Positions 10,822 through 20,667 of a DNA stretch of 64,000 bases are shown here, piece by piece. Below the pieces are notes generated by a model. It searched no databases and was not told the origin of the DNA. It saw only the letters and a program-made list of their open reading frames with translations. Made by a program: the position numbers and the translations under genes. How positions within the stretch are numbered: the first letter of the stretch is position 1; every line of letters starts with the position of its first letter. The stretch spans positions 288,001-352,000 of the forward strand of contig CAVPBK010000009.1 of assembly GCA_963701855.1 (NCBI GenBank), written 5' to 3'. Source of the stretch: Nitrospirota bacterium (GTDB lineage: Bacteria; Nitrospirota; Nitrospiria; Nitrospirales; Nitrospiraceae).

Positions 10822-11004
10822 GGAGCCTGCCCGACATTGACCGTTCTACTGCGGCGAACGATCTGCAACCATCTGCGTCGTGCTCGGCCCTGAAAAATCC
10901 TCAACGTATTCCAGTGAATACGCCTCCGGTTTTTTCTGGCCTTGCGCCGCTCATCTGGTTGTATCTCCTTCGCCTCGCCACGAAGGCAATGTCGGACAGG
11001 CTCC
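10822..11004. mobile_element. 183-bp MITE, copy 1
   Basis: Terminal inverted repeats GGAGCCTG(T/C)CCGACATTG, flanked by TA on both sides; further copies at 15592 and 53660. Confidence 0.85.
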
Positions 11005-11190
11005 TAGTCCTTGAGGACTGTATGATGTCCATGGCGGGACATCATGCAAAGAATACATTTTCCCTACGAGCCAAACTTTACCAGTACGCAAACTTGACGC
11101 ACCTTGACTGCTGATGATAGTTTCCGTCTCCTATTTCGCACTGAGTTACCATAAAAACTCTTCTTCGACGAACAAGTAGGTATAGCCGAC

Positions 11191-12093
11191 ATGCCCAGCC
11201 TTCAATCCGTCAGACGCAAGATCGATTCCGTTAAAAAAACCCAAAAAATCACGAAAGCCATGAAAATGGTTGCGGCGGCGAAACTCAAACGCACGCAGGC
11301 CCGCATTCTCGCGGCGCGGCCCTATGCCCTGAAGATGCGGGAGGCGATCCGCAACCTCAGCCGGCGTGTCAATCGAGAGGCTCACCCGTTGCTCCGTAAA
11401 CGGGAAGGCGCCCACCGTAACGTGATCGTAACGGTCGTGACGAGCGACCGCGGATTATGCGGGGCATTTAACGCGAACATTCTCCGCACGGCCGTCAATG
11501 CACTGAAGGAATTGGAATCCCGCGGTGTGAAGGCTGAGGTCGCTGTGGTCGGTCGGAAAGGCCGCGACTTTTTTCGGCGACGAGACTGGACGGTGCGTCG
11601 TGAGGTGGTGGACATCTTCGATAAATTGTCGTTCGAGCACGGGATGGTGATGGGAGAAGAATTTCCAGCCATCGTCGAATACTCGGAGGGGCATATCGAT
11701 GCGGTGTATATCATCTACAATGAGTTCAAATCCGCCATCCAGCAACGGGTGGTTGTCGAACAGCTCCTTCCATTCGACTGGATCGTTGAAATCACCGGCG
11801 TGAAGGACCTTGACCAAGCCACCGATGTCGTCCCCGGAGGTTATCAGTATGAACCGAGTGAGGACGAACTGCTTAGGCAGCTTCTTCACCGTAACCTCCA
11901 CGTCCAGGCGTACCGTGTGCTGCTGGAATCTTCGGCCGCCGAGCAGGGTGCCCGCATGGCGGCTATGGACGGCGCCACGCGCAACGCGGGTGAACTCATC
12001 AAAAAGCTGACGACCTACTATAACAAGACCAGGCAATCCGTGATCACCAAGGAACTCATGGATATAGTCGGTGGCGCCGAAGCCCTGAAATAA
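11191..12093 (+). CDS. atpG: F1 ATP synthase gamma subunit, stand-alone
   Basis: KITKAMKMVAAAK, TSDRGLCGAFN, EQGARMAAMDGATRNA and RQSVITKELMDIVGGAEAL. Confidence 0.97.
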   Translation: MPSLQSVRRKIDSVKKTQKITKAMKMVAAAKLKRTQARILAARPYALKMREAIRNLSRRVNREAHPLLRKREGAHRNVIVTVVTSDRGLCGAFNANILRTAVNALKELESRGVKAEVAVVGRKGRDFFRRRDWTVRREVVDIFDKLSFEHGMVMGEEFPAIVEYSEGHIDAVYIIYNEFKSAIQQRVVVEQLLPFDWIVEITGVKDLDQATDVVPGGYQYEPSEDELLRQLLHRNLHVQAYRVLLESSAAEQGARMAAMDGATRNAGELIKKLTTYYNKTRQSVITKELMDIVGGAEALK

Positions 12094-12097
12094 CCCT

Positions 12098-12225
12098 GTT
12101 GGTTCATTTGGTTGCTCAGGTTTGTTTTGTTTATCTGGTTGGTCTCGTTTAACCAAAAAAACAAGACAAACCAAACAAGCCAAATAACGTTCTTCTTACG
12201 CTGGTAGACTTTTTCAACATCCTTT
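12098..12225. repeat. Low-complexity 9-mer palindromic element
   Basis: TG-rich arm, then AC-rich arm, ending in a degenerate gactttttcaacatcct. Confidence 0.7.
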
Positions 12226-12238
12226 TAGGAGAAGACTG

Positions 12239-13342
12239 ATGGACCGACTCAAGACGGTAACCCATTCCCCTTCCGTTCGCCTCCACCACTGGTTCATGAC
12301 CTACCGGATCGTCACCTGCGCCGCCCTCAGCCTCTGGGCCGGCCTGACGTTCAACGGATCCATCCTTGAGGCAGCAACTCTCCCGACGGCCGATGAAGTC
12401 TTTCAAGAATTGCATCTATCGGACATCGACCGGAAAAACATCATGCAGGGCAAGATCGTCGATTGGTCGGCCAGTGAAGGGTCGGATCGGGAGTTGGCGA
12501 TTGGTTTTGCCGGGCTGGTCAAAGCCAAACCACAGGATCTGTATCCGTCTTATCGGGAAGCCCTCGTGCTCAAAGAGGTGCCGGTGATCACGGCCTATGG
12601 TCGCCTCACAGGAGAAGGCACCATGGCGGACTTGGCCGGGGTAAAGTTGCAACCGAATGGAGAGAAGGAAGCCAAGCGTTATTTGAATGTGCAACCGGGC
12701 AACGAATTGAATCTCGACGCGAAGGAGATCGCGGCTTTCCAAGCGCTGAAGGCAGGAGGCGATGCGGACGCCGTGCCTGTAGAAAAAGTCGAGGCCCTTG
12801 TGCGCCAGGGGTTGTTGGCCCGATACCAAGCCTATCGAAAAGGAGGACTGTCCGGCATCGCACCCTATGAGCGTGGCGGTTCGGATCAGCTGCGTGCCGG
12901 GGATGAGTTGCTGCTATCCACGAAGAGCTTGACTGGTACCGCCAAGCATCTCCCGGCTTTCCACAAGTTCCTGCTCAACTATCCCAACGGTCTGACCACG
13001 GAGGAGGCCAAGAATCTGGAAGAATTCTTCTTTTGGCTCAATATCGACGTGTTCGGCCGCCCGACCTATGTGCTGGTTCATCGTATGCTATACCACATAG
13101 GCGACGCAGCGCTCGCTGTCGAGCGCCATTTTTACGCGAGCCACGATTACAACAGCATGCTCCAGCAAGTCGCCGCGGTTCCGACCAAAGACGGCACCGT
13201 GTTATTTTACATCGGTCGGGTCTCGACCGATCAAGTGGCGGGGTTTGGGTCTTCAGCGCTTCATCCTGTGTCCCGCGCTATCGCCGCGCCATATCTCAAG
13301 GACATGTTCATCAAAATTCAGGCCAAAGAGGGGAGGAAGTAG
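12239..13342 (+). CDS. Exported hypothetical protein (paralog 1)
   Basis: 367-aa ORF with a signal-like segment; collinear with the next ORF (EGSDRELA, LARYQAYR..GL.GIAPYER, FGRPTY, SHDYNS, RVSTDQV). Confidence 0.8.
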   Translation: MDRLKTVTHSPSVRLHHWFMTYRIVTCAALSLWAGLTFNGSILEAATLPTADEVFQELHLSDIDRKNIMQGKIVDWSASEGSDRELAIGFAGLVKAKPQDLYPSYREALVLKEVPVITAYGRLTGEGTMADLAGVKLQPNGEKEAKRYLNVQPGNELNLDAKEIAAFQALKAGGDADAVPVEKVEALVRQGLLARYQAYRKGGLSGIAPYERGGSDQLRAGDELLLSTKSLTGTAKHLPAFHKFLLNYPNGLTTEEAKNLEEFFFWLNIDVFGRPTYVLVHRMLYHIGDAALAVERHFYASHDYNSMLQQVAAVPTKDGTVLFYIGRVSTDQVAGFGSSALHPVSRAIAAPYLKDMFIKIQAKEGRK

Positions 13343-13344
13343 CT

Positions 13345-14457
13345 ATGAAAATGGTCGCGGCGGCGAAATTCACCGGTACGCAGAACCGCTCTCTCGCGTC
13401 AGGGCCCTGCTTCATGACCCGCAGAATCGTCACCTGCGTCGCCCTCAGCCTCTGGATCGGCCTGACGTTCAACGGATCCATTCTTGATGCAGCAACCCTC
13501 CCGACGGCCGACACAGTCCTTCTAGATTTACATCTATCGGACAGCGACCGGGCAGACATCCGGCAGGGCAAGATCGTTAAATGGTCGGCCACTGAAGGGT
13601 CGGATCGGGAACTGGCGGTCGGCATGGTCTTGCTGGCCAAGACAAAAGCCGAGAATCTTGTCGAGATCTTTCGTGAGGCCAGTGCCTATAAAGAAGAAAA
13701 AGCGGTCACGGCGCATGGCGAGATTGCGGGTGACGGAACGCTGGCCGATTTCGCGGGCGTGAAGCTGGAACCGAACGGAGAGAAGGAGGCCCTCCGCTAC
13801 CTCTCGGCGGGACCGGGCGGGGACCTGAATCTGGACGCGAAGGAGATCGCCGCCTTTCGAGCGCTGAAACCAGCCGGCGGGAAGGTTGCCGTGACAGACG
13901 AGCAGGTCGAGGCACTAGTGCGCCAGACCTTATTGTCGCGATACCAGGCCTACCGGGCGAATGGACTTGCAGGCATCGCACCCTACGAGCGTAAAAACGG
14001 GCTTCGCCTGCAGGCGAGCGACGAACTGTCCCTGGCAGTCAAGCAGATGAAACTCCTGGCCATATATGCCCCGTCCGTGCATACCGCATTGCTCAATTAT
14101 CCGGCTGCCAAGGAAGGCCAGAAGGCTCTTGAAGAACATTTCTACTGGCTGAATATGGACCTCTTTGGACGTCCGACATACGCCTTGTCTCACCGCATGC
14201 TCTTCCAGGTCGGCGAAGTCTACTTCGCCTCGGATCGCCACTACTACACCAGCCACGATTACAACAGCCTGCAGCAGGGAGTGACAGCGCTTCCAACCAA
14301 GGACGGCACGCTCGTGATCACCCTGGTCCGAGTGTCAACCGACCAGGTGGGCGGCTTTGGATCTTCGGCAAAACATTCCATCTCTCGTGCCCTTATGGGA
14401 CCCTACTTTGACAGCCTGTACGAAACCCTTCGAGCCAAGGCAGAGAAGAAACAGTAG
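13345..14457 (+). CDS. Exported hypothetical protein (paralog 2) with an AtpG-derived N-terminal leader
   Basis: RBS GGGAGGA and ATG 13345 just after the stop of paralog 1; begins MKMVAAAK, as in AtpG. Confidence 0.8.
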   Translation: MKMVAAAKFTGTQNRSLASGPCFMTRRIVTCVALSLWIGLTFNGSILDAATLPTADTVLLDLHLSDSDRADIRQGKIVKWSATEGSDRELAVGMVLLAKTKAENLVEIFREASAYKEEKAVTAHGEIAGDGTLADFAGVKLEPNGEKEALRYLSAGPGGDLNLDAKEIAAFRALKPAGGKVAVTDEQVEALVRQTLLSRYQAYRANGLAGIAPYERKNGLRLQASDELSLAVKQMKLLAIYAPSVHTALLNYPAAKEGQKALEEHFYWLNMDLFGRPTYALSHRMLFQVGEVYFASDRHYYTSHDYNSLQQGVTALPTKDGTLVITLVRVSTDQVGGFGSSAKHSISRALMGPYFDSLYETLRAKAEKKQ

Positions 14458-14617
14458 CCGGTTCGGACTGCGACCAGGATTTTTTGATCTGACCGTCCGG
14501 CGCGCTTCTCACAAATGAGGCTCGGTTGTGACTTGGCAAATGCGGCCGTTCCTTTCATTCTTACCTTGAGCGCCGCATCATGATCACCCGTTTCACTGGG
14601 AATACCAGAATACAGGG

Positions 14618-15592
14618 GTGGTTGTGAGCACGGGCTTCTTGCTCATTGCACTCGTGACGCTTTCGCTAGCTGTGGCAGAGAGCGGTACGACACCGGCAGC
14701 CGCCGCAGTATCTGAAAGTAGCGAAGAAGCCAAACCTGACGCGAAGCCGGCGGAGGGTAAACGCCGCCCGTTGCAATCATTCCTGCAGGGCGCCACTCCT
14801 GAAGAGCACGAACGGCTCGAGGAAGAACGAAAGCGTATCTCGGCGGCCGCCAAGACCTTCGGCACAGACCCCACCGCCATCAACGGTTATTATCAACTCG
14901 AATATGGTCACAATACCTTCACTAACAATCTGCGCGTCGATTCGGCGACCGCAGAAGCCCGCCTGCCCATCACACCGAACTTTATCATGCGGGTGACCAT
15001 GCCCTATGTGTTCGCCGATCTGGACCAGTCCAGAGGATTTACGACGAATGGCGCGAGCGATCTCCTGGTTCGAACGGGCGGACGGGTATATGCCACCCCG
15101 GATGTGGCCCTGTTCGTCGGTACCGATGTCTTTTTTCCGACAGGCTCGAACGATCGACTGAGCACAGGAAAATATACCCTTGGGCCAGCAGCTGCGGTGG
15201 CGGTCCCATTACCCAGGGCGCGCTCGTTATTCATTACATTTCTCCAGGACTTCGACTCTGTCGGGGGTGATCCCAGCCGCCGCGACATCCACTTCATGCG
15301 AGTCTCGTCAGCGGTCAACACCATCTGGTCCGAGCGGTGGTGGACCACAGCGTCCATGGAATGGGACATGGATTGGAACAGGAATCGAAAGACCACGATG
15401 AACCTGCTGGGTGAGGTCGGCCACCGGTTTGATAAACATTGGAATCTCTTTGTCTCATCCGGCGCGGGAGTGATGGGAAGGGAGTCATTTTTGGGTTTGG
15501 ACTGGACAGTGCAAGCCGGCGTGCGTTGGGTGTTCCAGACCCCGTTCTTTTCCGAAAAAGTCGTGGAAGAGCTTCCAATAGAAGGACGTTAG
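14618..15592 (+). CDS. Putative outer-membrane beta-barrel protein
   Basis: Signal peptide, alternating beta pattern and a PTGS..RLSTGKY.LGP motif. Confidence 0.65.
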   Translation: MVVSTGFLLIALVTLSLAVAESGTTPAAAAVSESSEEAKPDAKPAEGKRRPLQSFLQGATPEEHERLEEERKRISAAAKTFGTDPTAINGYYQLEYGHNTFTNNLRVDSATAEARLPITPNFIMRVTMPYVFADLDQSRGFTTNGASDLLVRTGGRVYATPDVALFVGTDVFFPTGSNDRLSTGKYTLGPAAAVAVPLPRARSLFITFLQDFDSVGGDPSRRDIHFMRVSSAVNTIWSERWWTTASMEWDMDWNRNRKTTMNLLGEVGHRFDKHWNLFVSSGAGVMGRESFLGLDWTVQAGVRWVFQTPFFSEKVVEELPIEGR

Positions 15593-15774
15593 GAGCCTGT
15601 CCGACATTGCCTTCGTGGCGAGGCGAAGGAGATACAACCAGATGCAAGGCCGCAGGCTCGGAAAAACCGGAGGCGTGTTCACTGGAATACGTTGAGGATT
15701 TTTCAGGGCCGAGAACGACGCAGATGGTTGCAGATCGTTCGCCGCAGTAGAACGGTCAATGTCGGACAGGCTCC
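15592..15774. mobile_element. 183-bp MITE, copy 2 (opposite orientation to copy 1)
   Basis: Same terminal repeats and TA flanks; its left end overlaps the TAG stop of the upstream gene. Confidence 0.85.
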
Positions 15775-15854
15775 TAGCCCGCATCCGAAGATCGTTGTTT
15801 GGTTTGTCTCGTTTATTTGGTCAACCAGAGAAACCAGACAGACCTGCGCCGCTC

Positions 15855-16649
15855 TTACTTCATCCCGGCCAGAAGATCGATGAGCCCCTGGTCGGCAAAA
15901 TCGAGCTGAATGAGACCGAACCGCGGGTAGTCGAGATCGAAGATCACATAAATGGTGAGCGTCACGACGACCGCGAACGTGAATACGTGGAGCCTGACGT
16001 TGCGTGTCTTGGTGTAGGCCAATACATACCCGGCCAGCAAGGAGCAGACCAGCCCGAGAATCAGGAGGACGGCAAAAATTAATATAGGGGTGTGCGTACG
16101 TGCCGCAATGGTGCGAGCGGTGGTCACGTCGATCATTTGGTTCAGCGCCGGGACCATGACGATCGTCGCCTGCGGCGGCGCCTCTTTCAATGCAACGAGA
16201 GCCCCGGCCCAGATCTCATTCTGCAACGTCATGCCAACCGCTGCCCGCGCATTAGAGGCCTCAATGTCGGGTAACAGCCGATAGACCGCGATGCGCGCTT
16301 CGGCATACTGGCGGAACTTCTCCCGCAGCGCCGGTTGCGATGCAGCCGGCAGGAGATCGAGCCGTAAATAGGCCGTGCTGATGGCATTCGCTTCCTCCAC
16401 GATCAACTCGCGGCGCAGCTCATACCGGGAAGCGGCGCCCGAGAACGTGAACGCAATCATCAAGCCCATGAGGCCAAAGATAGCGGTTTCGACTCCCGTC
16501 AGTCGTGAACGAACGACATCCGTCTCTTGTCCGAGGCTTCGCTGTCCCCATCGCTGCCCGATTGTCAGCATCAGGAGCATGCCGGCAAAGAGACCCAGGA
16601 TCAGTAAGAACGCGATGGCGTTATAACTCAGGCCAGACTCACCAGCCAT
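15855..16649 (-). CDS. DUF4239-like (bestrophin-like) membrane protein
   Basis: GLMIAFTFSGAASRY..RR..IVEEANAISTAYLR and IFDLDYPRFGLI; four hydrophobic segments. Confidence 0.75.
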   Translation of the reverse strand: MAGESGLSYNAIAFLLILGLFAGMLLMLTIGQRWGQRSLGQETDVVRSRLTGVETAIFGLMGLMIAFTFSGAASRYELRRELIVEEANAISTAYLRLDLLPAASQPALREKFRQYAEARIAVYRLLPDIEASNARAAVGMTLQNEIWAGALVALKEAPPQATIVMVPALNQMIDVTTARTIAARTHTPILIFAVLLILGLVCSLLAGYVLAYTKTRNVRLHVFTFAVVVTLTIYVIFDLDYPRFGLIQLDFADQGLIDLLAGMK

Positions 16650-16697
16650 ATCTCTCCCTCACCCGGCCGGACAATGCACTCGCTCTATCAGCTCACT

Positions 16698-16818
16698 CTT
16701 GTTCGTTTGGTCTGTCTCGTCTATCTGATTTATTTGGTTTGTCTTGTTGATTTGGTTCATCGAATTGGTCTTGTCTAACCAAATAAACTAAATAAACCAG
16801 ACCAACCAAACAGACCAC
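16698..16818. repeat. Low-complexity 9-mer palindromic element
   Basis: ttggtctgt/ttggtttgt arm, then aaccagacc/aaccaaac arm. Confidence 0.7.
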
Positions 16819-17169
16819 ACCGGAAGTAAAAATGGCGCTCAGAGTAGCACAAGCTTGTGTAGGCGGGTAAGAGGTCTTATCGGTCGATAGAGGCACATGC
16901 GTTCGACCGGCATATAGGGGGGATCTAGCCCGTGCCGAAGAGGCGAGCTGCTGATCGGAGTTCGCGGCCTCAGCTCAAAGTTTCAATCTCTAACGATCCA
17001 TGCCCATCGCATCATTCTCGGCCGGCTCTCAAGAACCGTGAAGCGTGAAACGAGGGTCAGCCTCGGCCCTGCGGCCTCGCATATCGAGCTTGTCGCTGAA
17101 CTTGAAGAGCAACGTGCATGGTTTCTGGCCTACCGAGCCGCCGGTATCCACGCCCATGTCGGCAGCTGG

Positions 17170-17457
17170 TTAGGCTACTTCCAACTCCTCGTGCACGCGC
17201 CGGCCAAGCGCCGTGGCGATATTCACCAAAGCATCCAGGGAGAACCGCGACACCCTCCCGCCCAACAGGTCATTAATGCGCGGCTGAGTGACGCCGCAAT
17301 GAGTTGCAGCGTCGGACTGCTTCCAGTCCTTGGCCTTGATGATAACCGCGATCTGCTGCATCAATTCGGCCCGCGCCTGAAGATTGGCTGCCTGCTCAGG
17401 CGTGTCGGCAATCGCATCCCACAGGCTACTGAAAGTCTTGGTTTTGTTCTTGGTCAT
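17170..17457 (-). CDS. HigA-like XRE-family antitoxin (orphan)
   Basis: WDAIADTP..AANL.ARAELM and the HTH motif GVTQPRINDLL.GR.SRFSLDALV. Confidence 0.85.
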   Translation of the reverse strand: MTKNKTKTFSSLWDAIADTPEQAANLQARAELMQQIAVIIKAKDWKQSDAATHCGVTQPRINDLLGGRVSRFSLDALVNIATALGRRVHEELEVA

Positions 17458-17811
17458 AGTCCACCTCACATCAGTTCGGTGAATGACTTTTTAGCAAGCT
17501 CGAAGTCACCGGAGAAGCCATGCCCGTGCAGCCGGCCATAATCTAATTTTCTCTCAGCATGTACTACTTCTTCCTGTGAATGGATGACTGGTGCGCAGAA
17601 CTCACCGGCGGCAGCACGAACAAGCAGGGTTCGCCTGTGCTGATATAGCAAGCAGATTCTCTGCGACGTGCGTGAGAGCATAAAGATTCGGAATTGACGT
17701 GTCTACGCAGAACAACCGGACACCCGTGTCTTGCCGAATGCGTCCACTCCGTCCTGCATTGCTCCAAAGCAGACGGTTTGCTAATCTCCGCTCGGACCAC
17801 TATTCGAGCGA

Positions 17812-19386
17812 ATGACAATCTTGATCAAACATGTGGTAGTGAACGTCGCTGCACTGTTTGTCCTGTTACTCTCTGCCATCCATTTCTGGACCCAGCCAGC
17901 CTGGGCAGGTGAGGCACAAGCCGCCTCGCCATCCCCATCCGAACCCACGCAGGTGGACAAACCGTCCCCGGTGGAGCAACCCGCTGATCGCCCCTCTGAA
18001 CAGCGCCTCGGACCGCTCGCACATCGCTTCCAAGAGATTATCTTCTCGGACGGTTCGGGACTGAGCGTCCCGCAGTCCCCGCTCCACCTTGATCAGTTGC
18101 TCCATGTCCCCGAATGGCTGCACCTGGGTCTCGACTTCCGTACACGCTACGAAGCCTACAGCCAGCCGGTCAAAAAGAACGAGACGACTGGAGCCGCGCA
18201 ATTTTCTGAGCGCACGGATGTTCAGCTCGGCATCCATTATAAGCCGTTCAAATTTCACGCGGAGTTTCTGGACGCCCGCCCGCTCTACAACTACGGCCTC
18301 ACGGTCAGCAACCGGATGGAAAACCAGAACGATCTGCTGCAACTCTATGGCAGCGTGGGGACGGACAATTTCCTCGAATCGGGCCTACCGGCCGAGCTGC
18401 AGGTTGGTAAGTTTACTCAAGTTTTTGGAAAGGGCCGGCTCATCGCTAGGAGTCAGTACAGCAACGTCCCCATTTCGTTCGTGGGCGCTCACTGGACATT
18501 GGGAACACTCAAGGATTGGGAAATCAGGGCGTTTGTCATGCGCCCGGTACAAAATCATCAGACATCACCGGACACCGTCCCCTCGAATACTCTGTTTAGC
18601 GGCATGTCGTATCTGGACCAGCGCATGCCCTGGTTCCATACTGAGCTGTACGCCTATTACATATCGCAGAACGAGCAGGTACAGGGCACCACCGGCATCA
18701 ATCAGGACCAGAGTACCCAAGGTCAACTGGCGGACCTCTACACCCCAGGCTTCCGGCTCTTCAAGCCGGAAGCCAAGGCAACCTTCGATTATGAAATCGA
18801 ATCCGCCTACCAGTTCGGTCGATCGGCACTCAAGCCCGGATCCCCTGTATTAACCACATTCGCGTACTTTCAGCATGCGGAGGTAGGGTACACGTTCGAT
18901 CACCCCTGGACACCGTCGATCCGTTTCAAATACGACTATGCCAGCGGCGACAGTGATCCCAACGACAACAAGAACGGCCGTTTCAATCCACTCTTCGGTA
19001 CACAAAGTTTCCCATTCACGTACACGGGCATCTGGTCCCTATTCAAACGGGCGAATATCAGCTCCCCAGGCTATGTCCTGTCCATGGAACCGCTGAAGGA
19101 TGTCCACGTCTTCTTCAAACAGCGCTTTTGGTGGTTGGCCCAGTCCAAAGACGAGTTCGTCGGATCTGGTCTGCAGGATTCAACCGGGCGTGCCGGCAAG
19201 TATGTGGGATCGGAAATTGATCTGCGGCTGGCCTGGACCGTCAGCCAGAATCTGCTGCTTGAAGGAGGATGGATGTATCTGATCAAGGGGAGTTACTATT
19301 CCAATCTCTTGAGCCAAGGCGTTGCGGGCGCCCCCAACGACAACAATACTAATTATGTGTTCGTGTCTATGCGGCTCTTTTTCTGA
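17812..19386 (+). CDS. Alginate-export (AlgE-like) family outer-membrane barrel
   Basis: Signal peptide, RTRYE, GRLIAR, YDYASGD.DP...GRFNPLFG and G.EIDL; C-terminal Phe. Confidence 0.8.
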   Translation: MTILIKHVVVNVAALFVLLLSAIHFWTQPAWAGEAQAASPSPSEPTQVDKPSPVEQPADRPSEQRLGPLAHRFQEIIFSDGSGLSVPQSPLHLDQLLHVPEWLHLGLDFRTRYEAYSQPVKKNETTGAAQFSERTDVQLGIHYKPFKFHAEFLDARPLYNYGLTVSNRMENQNDLLQLYGSVGTDNFLESGLPAELQVGKFTQVFGKGRLIARSQYSNVPISFVGAHWTLGTLKDWEIRAFVMRPVQNHQTSPDTVPSNTLFSGMSYLDQRMPWFHTELYAYYISQNEQVQGTTGINQDQSTQGQLADLYTPGFRLFKPEAKATFDYEIESAYQFGRSALKPGSPVLTTFAYFQHAEVGYTFDHPWTPSIRFKYDYASGDSDPNDNKNGRFNPLFGTQSFPFTYTGIWSLFKRANISSPGYVLSMEPLKDVHVFFKQRFWWLAQSKDEFVGSGLQDSTGRAGKYVGSEIDLRLAWTVSQNLLLEGGWMYLIKGSYYSNLLSQGVAGAPNDNNTNYVFVSMRLFF

Positions 19387-19796
19387 ACTCCGTTGTCCGC
19401 GCAAGCCTCTGGGTCTCATCTCGCTCTGTTCATTGCCGGGAGCGCTTTGGCCCCGACTATTCTTTCATTGACAGTCCCGACGCGCCACGATGGGTTCCCC
19501 TCTCCTCGTAGCTTGAAACCAGCATATCTCTGTGAATAGGGGCCAAGGAAATTGAGTAGGAGAGTCGACTCATCCTACGGCCGACATTTCGTGTGGCTGG
19601 GAGCAGCTTATGTGGTGGTGGGCGAAACGCGATTAACACTGTCTGGCGCTGGGTGATGATAACTTCTACGGGTAACGATGTGAAGGCAAGAGCAACTCGG
19701 CACATCGCGTTGCTGCAGCCTCTGGTGGATCGTCCTACATTCCACCTCACTGAAAGGAAACATGCGTGATACAGCCCGTGACGTCCGCGCGAAACT

Positions 19797-20162
19797 TTAA
19801 ACGTCCTCCGGGATAGGCTTGTTTATCTCTTTTTTCTCAAGAGTGCCTGACTCGAACTTGATGGCCTTTTCAATAGCCTCGCTTAACGATTCTCCATACG
19901 CGAAATATCTGTAGCTGACATAAGCCGTGAAACACCCCACTGCCAACTCACCGACTCCAAGCAGCATGGCAGCGCCGACACCTACTACGAACCCTGGAAG
20001 GGTCCCGTGGCCCGGGAGGACGTGAAACACATGCCGGACTCCAGTACCTACCGCGTCCCAGCCTTCCTCTAGGGCATTGACTACGCCCTTGCCGCTCGCA
20101 GCAACAGAATCAGTCAAAGTCGCCGATTCTGTTTCCATCGTGTCGGTTGTGCTCTCTTCCAT
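19797..20162 (-). CDS. Small Gly-rich (GxxxG) membrane protein, possible fez accessory
   Basis: RBS GGAGGAG; acidic N-terminus; hydrophobic GFVVGVGAAMLLGVGELAVG; same strand as the P-type ATPase cluster; an alternative start at 20183 is possible. Confidence 0.6.
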   Translation of the reverse strand: MEESTTDTMETESATLTDSVAASGKGVVNALEEGWDAVGTGVRHVFHVLPGHGTLPGFVVGVGAAMLLGVGELAVGCFTAYVSYRYFAYGESLSEAIEKAIKFESGTLEKKEINKPIPEDV

Positions 20163-20667
20163 GTTCCTCTCCTCCATATTCATTTCCTTCAGACTCAATA
20201 ATTCACGCGCAAATGTTATCTGAACCGTAATCGCTTGTAAAGATGTCCGAGGAGGGGCACCTCGGTTACACCGGCCACTGTCGCTGAAGAGAGAGCTTGA
20301 TAACGAGACACTCCTCCAGCGCACATTCGCCGCTCCTGAGTCTTCCGCTGTCGGCAGAAGGCCAGGCGTTTTGTGAGCTTCTGCATTTAAACAAATAAAC
20401 CAGCACAGAGCGTACACAGCCTGCTGTTGTTTCTTTTACACAGGGACTCGGTTCAAATCAGGCCCCGGGCGAAATAGTTAAAGCATACAATTATAGATAA
20501 TGGCATACATAACTGTTATACATGAATTATACTGATTGTAGATGGTCTCTCATGCTCATTTGTGTCACAGACCAACACCATTATATATATGCATCTGACT
20601 CATTATAAGGAAATTGCCTCCAGTTCCCCAGGTAGACACAAGACATCGGAATGGATCAATCAGGCGC

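Noticed and set aside
13033..13344. N-terminal extension of the 474-aa ORF
   Set aside because: It overlaps paralog 1 in another frame; a good RBS and ATG lie at 13345
20496..20514. Fur box GATAATGGCATACATAACT near the fez-like cluster
   Set aside because: Only 12/19 match to the canonical box, in a very AT-rich stretch; too weak without a matrix scan
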